Of a stretch of 64,000 nucleotides of DNA, positions 48,848-56,568 are shown in pieces. Position numbers and translations under genes: made by a program. The stretch comes from Flavobacteriaceae bacterium (GTDB taxonomy: Bacteria; Bacteroidota; Bacteroidia; Flavobacteriales_C; GCA-002722245), in NCBI GenBank assembly GCA_964230605.1, contig CAXRIN010000083.1:2643-66642 (forward strand). The letters run 5' to 3'. The notes under the pieces were generated by a model. That model worked only from the letters and a program-made list of their open reading frames with translations. It searched no databases and was not told where the DNA came from. Every line of letters begins with the position of its first letter. Within the stretch, counting starts at the first letter, position 1.

Positions 48848-51800
48848 TTATCCTTTAAACTCTTCAATCAATTGAACATTCGCTTCACTAACTTTCTTGT
48901 TAGATAAAACATTCGGTGCGTTGAATAGATAATCTTCTCCAGAACCTGTTTTAGGGTAGGCCATTACGTCTCGAATGGAGTCTTTTTTCTCTAGGATCAT
49001 CATTAAACGATCAAGTCCCCAAGCGATTCCTCCATGCGGTGGCGCTCCGTATTGGAAAGCTTTGTAAACATTTCCAACTGACGCCAACATTTCATCATGA
49101 TTGTATCCCATGATTCTGAAAGTAGCAGCTAAAATATCCCCTCTATGGGCACGTACTGAACCTCCTCCAATTTCGTAACCGTTCAAGATTAAATCATATT
49201 GTTGCGCTAATATTTCTCCTGGGTTTTCTCCTTTCATGTGTTGTTCAACATATTCAGGTTTAGGCATTGAGAAAGGATTGTGTGAGAATGTCCATCCTCC
49301 TTCTTCTTTTTCCTCAAATTGAGGGAAGTCAATTACCCATGCAGGTTGCAATACATTCTTAGGTATCAAGTTTAACATCTTACCTAATTCTTGTCTAACT
49401 GCATCTAGTGCTTTGTTTGCTGTACTGAAATCAGCAGCTGAGAAGAAAACGATGTCTCCAACTTTCGCATCCATGATTTCGATGATTTTAGTACCTACAT
49501 CTTCTCCTAGGAATTTGATTATTGGAGACTGTAAATCGTTCTCATTTACAATGATATATGCTAATCCACCTAAACCATGGCTTTGAGCTAATGAAGTAAG
49601 CTTTTCAATAGCTCCTTTAGACATTCTTGAGGTTCCCATTTCTTCTTTCGAAACCTTAATGGCTTTTACGATTCCACCATTTTCAATTGGGTTTCTAAAT
49701 ACTTGAAATGGAGTGTTGGCTACAACTTCAGTAATGGTTTTCATTGGTAAACCAAAACGTAAGTCTGGACGGTCACAACCATATTTTTCCATCGCTTCAG
49801 CGTAGGTAATAGTAATGAAGTCCTTCAACTGCCACTTTGAATTTTTGTAAACCGTTTTAACAACATTAACAAACATGTCACTGTTGAGTTTGATGATTTC
49901 GTCCATTGAAGCGAAAGACATCTCTAAGTCCATTTGTGTGAACTCTGGTTGACGATCACCTCTTGAATCCTCATCACGGAAACAACGAGCGATTTGGAAG
50001 TATCTTTCAAAGCTTCCTACCATCAACATTTGTTTGTATTGTTGTGGCGCTTGTGGAAGCGTATAGAATTTCCCTTTGTGCACCCTTGAAGGAACAATGA
50101 ACTCACGAGCTCCTTCGTCTGTACCACCAGATAGGATAGGGGTTTCAACTTCAATAAAGTTCTGTTCGTCCAACATGTCACGGATTAATTTAATCACCTT
50201 GTGACGGTTGATGATTGCTTTTTTCGTAGACTGGTTTCTGTGGTCTAAGAATTTGTATTCCATACGAACAGATTCGTTCGTTTTATCAGCTTTCTTAATC
50301 TCGAAAGGTAAGTTCTTAGCAACGTTTAGGACGTCGATATGATTTGCAACTAATTCGATGTTACCTGTTCTGGTGTTAGGGTTAACATCATCAGCAGCTC
50401 TTTCTATAACCTGTCCTTTAACAGCAATTACAGATTCATCTTTCAATTTCGCGATATCGTCAATGTCTGCCACTTGATCACGAGTTACTCTAACTTGAAA
50501 AACTTCTCCAGAAGCGTCTCTAAGATCAATGAATACTAACTCACCGTGGTCTCTGATAGAGGCGATCCATCCACCAAGTGTTAGTTCTTGGTTTAAGTTT
50601 TCTTTGGAAACTTCTGTAATTCTATGTGTTCTGTAAGTATCCTTAACGATTCTTATATCTTGATACTTGGACGGCGTATCATCGTTTAAATCACGTTTCT
50701 TAGCCTCTTTAGTAACTCCTTTGGCTTGCTGTGAGTCACCAGCTCCTTCTGAAGCATTAGTATCTACTGTGCAGGCTGCAAGAATTTTCTCTCGAATAAT
50801 CTTTCCAGAAACTCCTTTTCCAGTCTTTGCCATTACCTGAGGGACTAAACGACCAGCTTGTCCTTGATTTCCTCCTGCGATAGCAGCAACAATCTCGGCA
50901 TTAGCAGCAACAGCTTCAGCTACTGCAGCGTCAATCTGTTCTTCACTTACCGTGTTGGCTTTGATGAATCCTTCATAATCAAAACCAGCGTCAGCATAAA
51001 GTTTTTGGAACCCTTCTTTTACAATATTTACAGGAATTGTGTTGTTAACAAATTCTTTAAGTAAAGATTGGTAAGGTTTTAATTCTGAGAAGTTTGAGTA
51101 TTCTTCAGGTTTTACGTTGTTCATCAAGACAGTGGCTACTGCTTTAATATCGTTAATCCCTTTGTTTAGTCCAATTACAACTCTTGATCTTTCTTTATCT
51201 CCCGAAAAGAATTTAGCATCTTGCGGACGAACACCTCCAGTAATTAATTCTTCTTCTACAACTGTTGGTAATAACGAAACATCAACCTTAGTTCTTTCTT
51301 TTAGGTCTGAAACATCTAACCAAGGAATGTCAGGTTCTTGCGAGAAACGGTAATCAGCAGCATCTTCCTTAGAACGCATTACACGAGTTACTTGAGCTTC
51401 GGCATCCCATTGTGCTGTTACCTGATCTGGAGAGGGAACACCATGTTCCTCGTAATAGTTTAATTGCTTTGTAACAGCCTCTGCAACTGCTTTAGACATG
51501 AATGCAAAGGAGTTCAAGTTTTTAATCTCTGTACGCGGGTTTAAATCGTTTGTCCCTTTTTTTCTAAGTGAAATAGAAACATCCGAACGCATTTGACCTT
51601 TTTCCATGTCGGCATCCGAAACACCTAAATGACGAACGATTTTTTGGATATACTTAGCGTACGTCTCAGCGTCCTCTACTTTATGCAAACAAGGTTCTGT
51701 AACGATTTCAACAAGGGGAGTACCACATCTGTTGTAATCAACTAGAGAGTACTTATCTGTGTGAACTAACTTACCAGCATCTTCTTCTAAGTGTGCGTGG

Positions 51801-52189
51801 TGTAATTCAACAGTAAAATCAGTTCCGTCATCTCTAAAACATTTAACATAACCACCATCAATGATTGGATGATCAAGTTGAGTTAACTGGAAGTTTTTAG
51901 GTAAATCGGGGTATTGGTAGTGCTTACGATCCCATCTTACTAAATCTGGAATCTTAGCATTTAAACCAGCTCCAAGGATGATTGATTTCTCAACCGCTGC
52001 CTTGTTTAATTCAGGTAAAGTACCCATTTGCCCCGTACAAACCGGACAGATATTTTCGTTAGGAGTAGTTGATTCTTCATTATCACATGAACAAAACAAC
52101 TTGGTTTTAGTGTTTAATTGTACGTGAGTTTCAACTCCCATTACAATTTCATATCCTAACTCTTCAATCTTTTTATCTAATGCAGTCAT
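48848..52189 (-). CDS. gatB/aspS: fusion protein: GatB (amidotransferase subunit B) + ~45-aa linker + bacterial-type aspartyl-tRNA synthetase
   Basis: Single uninterrupted ORF. GatB motifs are GVETHVQL, HLEEDAGKL, NRCGTPLVEIVTEP, EIKNLNSF and the YqeY-like tail. AspRS motifs are RTHRITEV, GGWIASIRDHGELVFIDLRD, FRDEDSRGDRQPEFTQMDLE, GGGSVRAH and PPHGGIAWGLDRL. The track's TTG start at 52210 lies in a heptamer array, so I prefer ATG 52189. Confidence 0.85.
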   Translation of the reverse strand: MTALDKKIEELGYEIVMGVETHVQLNTKTKLFCSCDNEESTTPNENICPVCTGQMGTLPELNKAAVEKSIILGAGLNAKIPDLVRWDRKHYQYPDLPKNFQLTQLDHPIIDGGYVKCFRDDGTDFTVELHHAHLEEDAGKLVHTDKYSLVDYNRCGTPLVEIVTEPCLHKVEDAETYAKYIQKIVRHLGVSDADMEKGQMRSDVSISLRKKGTNDLNPRTEIKNLNSFAFMSKAVAEAVTKQLNYYEEHGVPSPDQVTAQWDAEAQVTRVMRSKEDAADYRFSQEPDIPWLDVSDLKERTKVDVSLLPTVVEEELITGGVRPQDAKFFSGDKERSRVVIGLNKGINDIKAVATVLMNNVKPEEYSNFSELKPYQSLLKEFVNNTIPVNIVKEGFQKLYADAGFDYEGFIKANTVSEEQIDAAVAEAVAANAEIVAAIAGGNQGQAGRLVPQVMAKTGKGVSGKIIREKILAACTVDTNASEGAGDSQQAKGVTKEAKKRDLNDDTPSKYQDIRIVKDTYRTHRITEVSKENLNQELTLGGWIASIRDHGELVFIDLRDASGEVFQVRVTRDQVADIDDIAKLKDESVIAVKGQVIERAADDVNPNTRTGNIELVANHIDVLNVAKNLPFEIKKADKTNESVRMEYKFLDHRNQSTKKAIINRHKVIKLIRDMLDEQNFIEVETPILSGGTDEGAREFIVPSRVHKGKFYTLPQAPQQYKQMLMVGSFERYFQIARCFRDEDSRGDRQPEFTQMDLEMSFASMDEIIKLNSDMFVNVVKTVYKNSKWQLKDFITITYAEAMEKYGCDRPDLRFGLPMKTITEVVANTPFQVFRNPIENGGIVKAIKVSKEEMGTSRMSKGAIEKLTSLAQSHGLGGLAYIIVNENDLQSPIIKFLGEDVGTKIIEIMDAKVGDIVFFSAADFSTANKALDAVRQELGKMLNLIPKNVLQPAWVIDFPQFEEKEEGGWTFSHNPFSMPKPEYVEQHMKGENPGEILAQQYDLILNGYEIGGGSVRAHRGDILAATFRIMGYNHDEMLASVGNVYKAFQYGAPPHGGIAWGLDRLMMILEKKDSIRDVMAYPKTGSGEDYLFNAPNVLSNKKVSEANVQLIEEFKG

Positions 52190-52197
52190 TGTTTTTA

Positions 52198-52225
52198 GTT
52201 CAAAGTTCAAAGTTCAAAGTTCAAA
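52198..52225 (-). repeat. four perfect tandem heptamers (TTTGAAC on the coding strand) between gatA and gatB::aspS
   Basis: The plus strand reads GTTCAAA x4. The minus-strand spacer reads gtcac-TTTGAAC x4-taaaaaca-ATG. Confidence 0.9.
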
Positions 52226-52230
52226 GTGAC

Positions 52231-53658
52231 TTATCCCTTTTGACTAGTCGCTAGTCCTTGTTCTATAGCGTATGCAAATCTTAATATTTCTTCGTCTTTC
52301 CCTTTAGCAGCGGTGATTTGAACGTTGTTTGGAACGTCAAATGGTGCTGATAATGTAGGAAGACCTCCTAAGCTAAATCCAACAGTGTACATATCGCTCA
52401 AGTACATTGTTAAAGGATCTTTCATAGAATCTCCGATAGTTGGAGGTAAAAGCGGTGAAGTAGGAGAAAGTACAAAGTCAACTTCTTCGAAGTCCTTAGC
52501 GAACTTTGCTTCAATTCCTTTTCTCACTTTTAAGGCTTTCTTGTAAATCTCGTCTGAGTAACCAACAGATAATACTTGGTTACCAGCTATGATTCTTCTT
52601 TTAGTCTCTTCACTGAATCCTTCCCCACGAGTATCCAAATAAGTAGAGGCTAAATTGTCTCTATCCATTGCACGATTACCATAAGTAATCCCGTCAATTC
52701 GTGATAAATTACTTGCGGTTTCAGCTAAAGCAATGATGTAATAAGTTGTTGTAAGTGTATCACCGTCAAAGAAATCCAATTCTTTAATCTCTACACCTTT
52801 AGCTTTTAGTTTTTCAATTAAAGCATCAAATCCAGCTTTGATTGATGGCTCTAAAGAGGGGTGTTCTATAAACGATTTATACACTCCAATTTTAGTTCCT
52901 GGCTTGATGTCCGTGCTGAAAGAATCAATATCAATTTCGTTTGATGGAACTGTTGTTTGATCTTTTCCGTCTTTTCCGCTCATTACGTTTAACGTAGTCG
53001 CGATATCTTTCACTGTGTTAGCAAATGGCCCAACACAATCAGAAGAGGAAGTGTAAGCCATTAAGCCATATCTTGAAATCCTACCGTATGTTGGTTTTAA
53101 ACCAAAAACTTTGTTGTAACCTGCTGGTTGACGAATTGAACCTCCTGTATCACCTCCAATGGAGAAAACAGTGCTTCCTTCAGCAACATTTACTGCAGAT
53201 CCACCAGAAGATCCTCCAGCAACTTTAGTGTCATCAAAAGCGTTTTTCACGGGTCCAAAAACAGAGTTTTCATTGGTAGAACCATGTCCGAATTGATCAC
53301 AGTTTTCTTTACAAACAGGAATAGCCCCTGCATCAATCAACTTTTGAATAGCAGTAGCTGTATAAGGTGATTTGTAGTTTTTAAGAATGTTTGAACTCGC
53401 CGTAGATATAGTTCCTTTCAACAAGTAAACATCTTTAACACCAAATGGGATTCCTTCTAAACTAGTTAATTTTCCACCTGCTGCTAACTTTTTATCGTAA
53501 GCTTCAGCTTGCTTTAAAGCTTGATCGGCAAGGATGGCGTTGTTGGCATTTTTAGTTGATGCGCTTAATGCATCAATCTTTTCTTGAACCAACTGAACAC
53601 AAGAAATTTCCTTGTTGTTCAACTTATTTTGAATGTCTTGAATGATAGACTGACTCAT
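52231..53658 (-). CDS. gatA: Asp-tRNA(Asn)/Glu-tRNA(Gln) amidotransferase subunit A
   Basis: 475 aa with amidase signature GGSSGGSA, the GGDTGGSIRQPA Ser context and the FGVKD Lys context. Confidence 0.9.
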   Translation of the reverse strand: MSQSIIQDIQNKLNNKEISCVQLVQEKIDALSASTKNANNAILADQALKQAEAYDKKLAAGGKLTSLEGIPFGVKDVYLLKGTISTASSNILKNYKSPYTATAIQKLIDAGAIPVCKENCDQFGHGSTNENSVFGPVKNAFDDTKVAGGSSGGSAVNVAEGSTVFSIGGDTGGSIRQPAGYNKVFGLKPTYGRISRYGLMAYTSSSDCVGPFANTVKDIATTLNVMSGKDGKDQTTVPSNEIDIDSFSTDIKPGTKIGVYKSFIEHPSLEPSIKAGFDALIEKLKAKGVEIKELDFFDGDTLTTTYYIIALAETASNLSRIDGITYGNRAMDRDNLASTYLDTRGEGFSEETKRRIIAGNQVLSVGYSDEIYKKALKVRKGIEAKFAKDFEEVDFVLSPTSPLLPPTIGDSMKDPLTMYLSDMYTVGFSLGGLPTLSAPFDVPNNVQITAAKGKDEEILRFAYAIEQGLATSQKG

Positions 53659-53660
53659 CT

Positions 53661-53912
53661 TTATTGAATTACTTTAGGTACAACTAAATAAGTTCCTTGC
53701 TTAGCAGGGAAGTTTTCCATAATCAAAGCTTTTTCTTCAGGATCGCAATTTATAACCTCGTCTTCTCTTAGGTTGTCTGATTTAACGATGTGATCCTGAG
53801 CACCTTCAGTACTTATGTCTGAAACATTTTTAATCGTTTCAAAGAAGTCGGTGATTTTAGAGATGTTAACCTCCTCAGCTCTGATGTTTGAAAGTTGTTG
53901 TAGTTTATCCAT
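53661..53912 (-). CDS. gatC: Asp-tRNA(Asn)/Glu-tRNA(Gln) amidotransferase subunit C
   Basis: 83 aa from ATG 53912 (MDKLQQLSNIRAEEV...LREDEV...GTYLVVPKVIQ). The track's longer TTG-started version begins inside a heptamer array. Confidence 0.75.
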   Translation of the reverse strand: MDKLQQLSNIRAEEVNISKITDFFETIKNVSDISTEGAQDHIVKSDNLREDEVINCDPEEKALIMENFPAKQGTYLVVPKVIQ

Positions 53913-53985
53913 TTTCAGTCCTTTTGGAATGATTGATTTTGACCCGCAAATTTCGTTAAATAAAACGAGGTGGCAAAAGGTTGGA

Positions 53986-54013
53986 GTTGAAAGTTCAAGG
54001 TTCAAAGTTTAAA
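53986..54013 (-). repeat. heptamer array upstream of gatC (minus strand: TTTAAAC TTTGAAC CTTGAAC TTTCAAC)
   Basis: The plus strand reads GTTGAAA GTTCAAG GTTCAAA GTTTAAA. It is inverted relative to 54101-54128. Confidence 0.8.
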
Positions 54014-54100
54014 GAAATTTTTGTCTGTATTAAACCTTTTTATTTTAGTTGAGTCAAACGTGAAATTGATGATAAAAAGTTTTTAGTTCAGAAGTAAAAC

Positions 54101-54128
54101 TTTGAACTTTGAACTTTCAACTTTGAAC
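54101..54128 (+). repeat. heptamer array upstream of the ECF sigma gene (TTTGAAC TTTGAAC TTTCAAC TTTGAAC)
   Basis: Read directly from the sequence. It ends 5 nt before the TTG start at 54134. Confidence 0.8.
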
Positions 54129-54133
54129 AAAGC

Positions 54134-54679
54134 TTGAGCTGGACAGACGAAGAAATAATTGAGAAAATTCAAGATGAGAAGACTGTGAATTACGGTTTTA
54201 ACTTGTTGATGGATAAGTATCAAGAGAAGGTGTATTGGGTGATTCGCCGGATGGTGATCGATCATGATGCTTCTGATGACATTGCTCAAGAAACGTTTGT
54301 GAAGGTTTGGAAAAACTTAAGTTCTTTTAAAGGTGATTCAAAACTGTATACATGGATTTACAGGATTGCAACAAATGAAGCGCTCAATCATTTAAGGAAA
54401 ATGAAAAGAAGGTTCTTTTTACCAATCGGGGATGTTGAGCATGAATTAAGTTCGTCACTTGAATCAGATACTTATTACAGTGGGGATGAAATACAAATGA
54501 AGCTGCAAAAAGCCATATTGAAACTCCCTGAAAAACAGCGATTAGTATTTAATATGAAGTATTTTGAAGAGATGAAGTTTAAAGATATAGCAGAGGTGCT
54601 TGAGGTTTCTGTTGGTAATTTAAAGGCACAGTACCATCATGCAGTTAAAAAAATTGAACGTTTTTTAAAAGAGGATTAA
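54134..54679 (+). CDS. ECF-type RNA polymerase sigma-70 family factor
   Basis: 181 aa with region 2 (DDIAQETFVKVW, YTWIYRIATNEALNHLR) and region 4 (LPEKQRLVFNMKYFEEMKFKDIAEVLEVSVGNLKAQYHHA). Confidence 0.85.
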   Translation: MSWTDEEIIEKIQDEKTVNYGFNLLMDKYQEKVYWVIRRMVIDHDASDDIAQETFVKVWKNLSSFKGDSKLYTWIYRIATNEALNHLRKMKRRFFLPIGDVEHELSSSLESDTYYSGDEIQMKLQKAILKLPEKQRLVFNMKYFEEMKFKDIAEVLEVSVGNLKAQYHHAVKKIERFLKED

Positions 54680-54712
54680 ACCTTTTGAAAAAGTAAACAT
54701 CAAACACAACAA

Positions 54713-55222
54713 ATGGAAGAGGATAAAAACATAAATGATGAAGCAATTAGAACTTTCCTAGGAAAGTCTGAAGGTTCTGATTTTAAAGTTCCTGAGAATT
54801 ATTTTGAAGGGTTCCAAAAAAACGTTTATTCAAAAATATTAGACAATAAAAATCAATGGTGGAAATTGCCACAAGTGAAAATGACTTTGGTAGGGACTTT
54901 GAGTGTTTTTCTTGTAGTTATTGTTTTGATAGATTTCTCCAAGTCAATTAGTGTGGCAGAAGTTGATATGTCTGAACAAGAGTTACTAGCATATTATGCT
55001 GATAATATTGATGAGATTTCAGAATCGGAAATATTAGAAATAATGACTGAGGATGATTTGAATTCCATTTCTGAAGGTTTAATTGATTCAACGTACAAGA
55101 AAAAAGAAGAAGTAAGAGAAGAAAAAAAAGAAATTCCATCGCTTGATGATTTTACTGACGAGGAAATCTACGAGTATATGCTTGACGAAGGATATGATGA
55201 TGGAGATTGGGATAATTTATAA
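54713..55222 (+). CDS. single-pass membrane protein, possible anti-sigma factor
   Basis: 169 aa directly after the sigma gene, with one TM segment (LVGTLSVFLVVIVLIDF) and an acidic C-terminus. The call rests on position only. Confidence 0.4.
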   Translation: MEEDKNINDEAIRTFLGKSEGSDFKVPENYFEGFQKNVYSKILDNKNQWWKLPQVKMTLVGTLSVFLVVIVLIDFSKSISVAEVDMSEQELLAYYADNIDEISESEILEIMTEDDLNSISEGLIDSTYKKKEEVREEKKEIPSLDDFTDEEIYEYMLDEGYDDGDWDNL

Positions 55223-55238
55223 ACAGAAATTTTGAGAC

Positions 55239-55772
55239 ATGAAAAATAAAATTACAATTTTAGGTTTACTATTAATGTTGGTTAGTTTTCAACCAATATT
55301 TGCACAGGATCACAAAAAGCCTTCCATGGAGCAAATTGAAAAAAGGAAAGCGAAGATGAAGGCAATGAAAAGGGCTTTCATAGGAATAGAAATAGAATTA
55401 ACTCCGGAAGAAGAAAAAGCATTTTGGCCAATTTATGACAAATATGAAGCTAAACGCGAAGCATTAAGAGCTGAGCACAAAGAGCTTAGAAAGCAATATA
55501 AAGGAAAGGAGCCAGAAGAAATGACTGAAGCAGAGGCTAAGGATATTTTGGCTAAAGAAGCTTCATTTAGAGAAAGAAGGTTAGAGATTGATAAAGGTTT
55601 TGATAATGAATTAAAATCTGTTTTATCCGCTAAGAAGATTTTGATGCTTCATAAAGCAGAGATGAAGTTTAAAAAGCAATTGCTAGATAGGATGAAAGGT
55701 AGGAGAGGTCCTGGTGGACATGGAGGTCCGAGAGGAGAATTTGGTCCGCCACCTCATATGATGGAAGATTAA
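55239..55772 (+). CDS. periplasmic Spy/CpxP-like (LTxxQ-type) helical protein with G/P/H-rich tail
   Basis: 177 aa with a signal peptide, LTPEEEKAFWPIYDKYEAKREAL repeats and the tail RRGPGGHGGPRGEFGPPPH. Confidence 0.5.
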   Translation: MKNKITILGLLLMLVSFQPIFAQDHKKPSMEQIEKRKAKMKAMKRAFIGIEIELTPEEEKAFWPIYDKYEAKREALRAEHKELRKQYKGKEPEEMTEAEAKDILAKEASFRERRLEIDKGFDNELKSVLSAKKILMLHKAEMKFKKQLLDRMKGRRGPGGHGGPRGEFGPPPHMMED

Positions 55773-55776
55773 GCGC

Positions 55777-55810
55777 AAAAAAAAACGAGTCAACTGACTC
55801 GTTTTTTTTT
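55777..55810. terminator. bidirectional rho-independent terminator
   Basis: An A-run, the stem acgagtca/tgactcgt and a T-run lie between convergent genes. Confidence 0.8.
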
Positions 55811-55812
55811 GT

Positions 55813-56169
55813 TTACAGAGAATTTAATGCTGAGATCAATTCATCATTTGTAAAGGGTTTTTTTAAGAATTTATCAACGCCTCTACTGAGTGCATCTTTT
55901 ACGGCTGCTTCCTGTGCAACAGAGCTAACCATTAATATTTTTGATTTTCCTCCTTCAGATTTAATGGCCTCAGATGCTTCAACACCATTTAGTCCGGGCA
56001 TTATATTATCCATTGTTACGTAATCGGGAGATTCATCTAAAACAACATCTATTGCTATTTCTCCATTTTTAGCTTCTCCTATTACTTCAAATCCTGCTGC
56101 GGTTAAAATGTCCGCAATTGTTTTTCTTTGATAAGCTGAATCATCAACTACTACAACCGTTTTTCCCAT
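55813..56169 (-). CDS. single-domain CheY-like response regulator
   Basis: 118 aa with VVVVDDS, the phospho-acceptor context YVTMDNIMPGLNG and the conserved Lys in LKKPF. Confidence 0.8.
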   Translation of the reverse strand: MGKTVVVVDDSAYQRKTIADILTAAGFEVIGEAKNGEIAIDVVLDESPDYVTMDNIMPGLNGVEASEAIKSEGGKSKILMVSSVAQEAAVKDALSRGVDKFLKKPFTNDELISALNSL

Positions 56170-56244
56170 TTATTCTGAATTTCGTTTTGATACCGAATTT
56201 CATTAAAGAATGTTACTTTAAAAGCTGACAAATTGAATTTGAAA

Positions 56245-56568
56245 TTACTTTTTTATTGAAATGCAGTTAAGATTAATAGCTCCTCTTTTTGTGCCTCTAT
56301 TGTTGTAAAAAGAAGGAAGGCCTTTGATAATGAATTGCTTATGGTTGTTTTCTTTCAGATTTGAAAACAATTGGTTCACTTTTGAAAAGGGCAAATTAAT
56401 ATGTCCGCAAATTCGCTCTCCAGATTCGTTTTCTATTTGAGTGAAAGTGATCCATTTGGAGTTTTCTTGAAAATTCAGATATCCTGTTACAGTTATTTCT
56501 TTTTCGGGATTAGTTGAGTGTTGAATTAGAATCCAATCTCTTTGATGTCTTTCTCTTCTTGAACTCAA
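56245..56568 (-). CDS. hypothetical protein (TTG start, no internal Met)
   Basis: 107-codon ORF. Its TTG start overlaps the rhodanese TGA stop (TTGA). Coding status is uncertain. Confidence 0.3.
   Translation of the reverse strand: MSSRRERHQRDWILIQHSTNPEKEITVTGYLNFQENSKWITFTQIENESGERICGHINLPFSKVNQLFSNLKENNHKQFIIKGLPSFYNNRGTKRGAINLNCISIKK

Noticed and set aside
53913-54005. The track's 114-aa version of gatC, starting MNLELSTPTF....
   Set aside because: The extension starts at a TTG inside the heptamer array and simply translates that repeat (NLELS). GatC similarity begins at the internal ATG at 53912.
52198-54128. The tandem heptamer arrays as a possible CRISPR array or other spacer-repeat system.
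   Set aside because: The units are 7 bp and directly abutting, with no spacers. Each array has only four units, and no cas genes are present.
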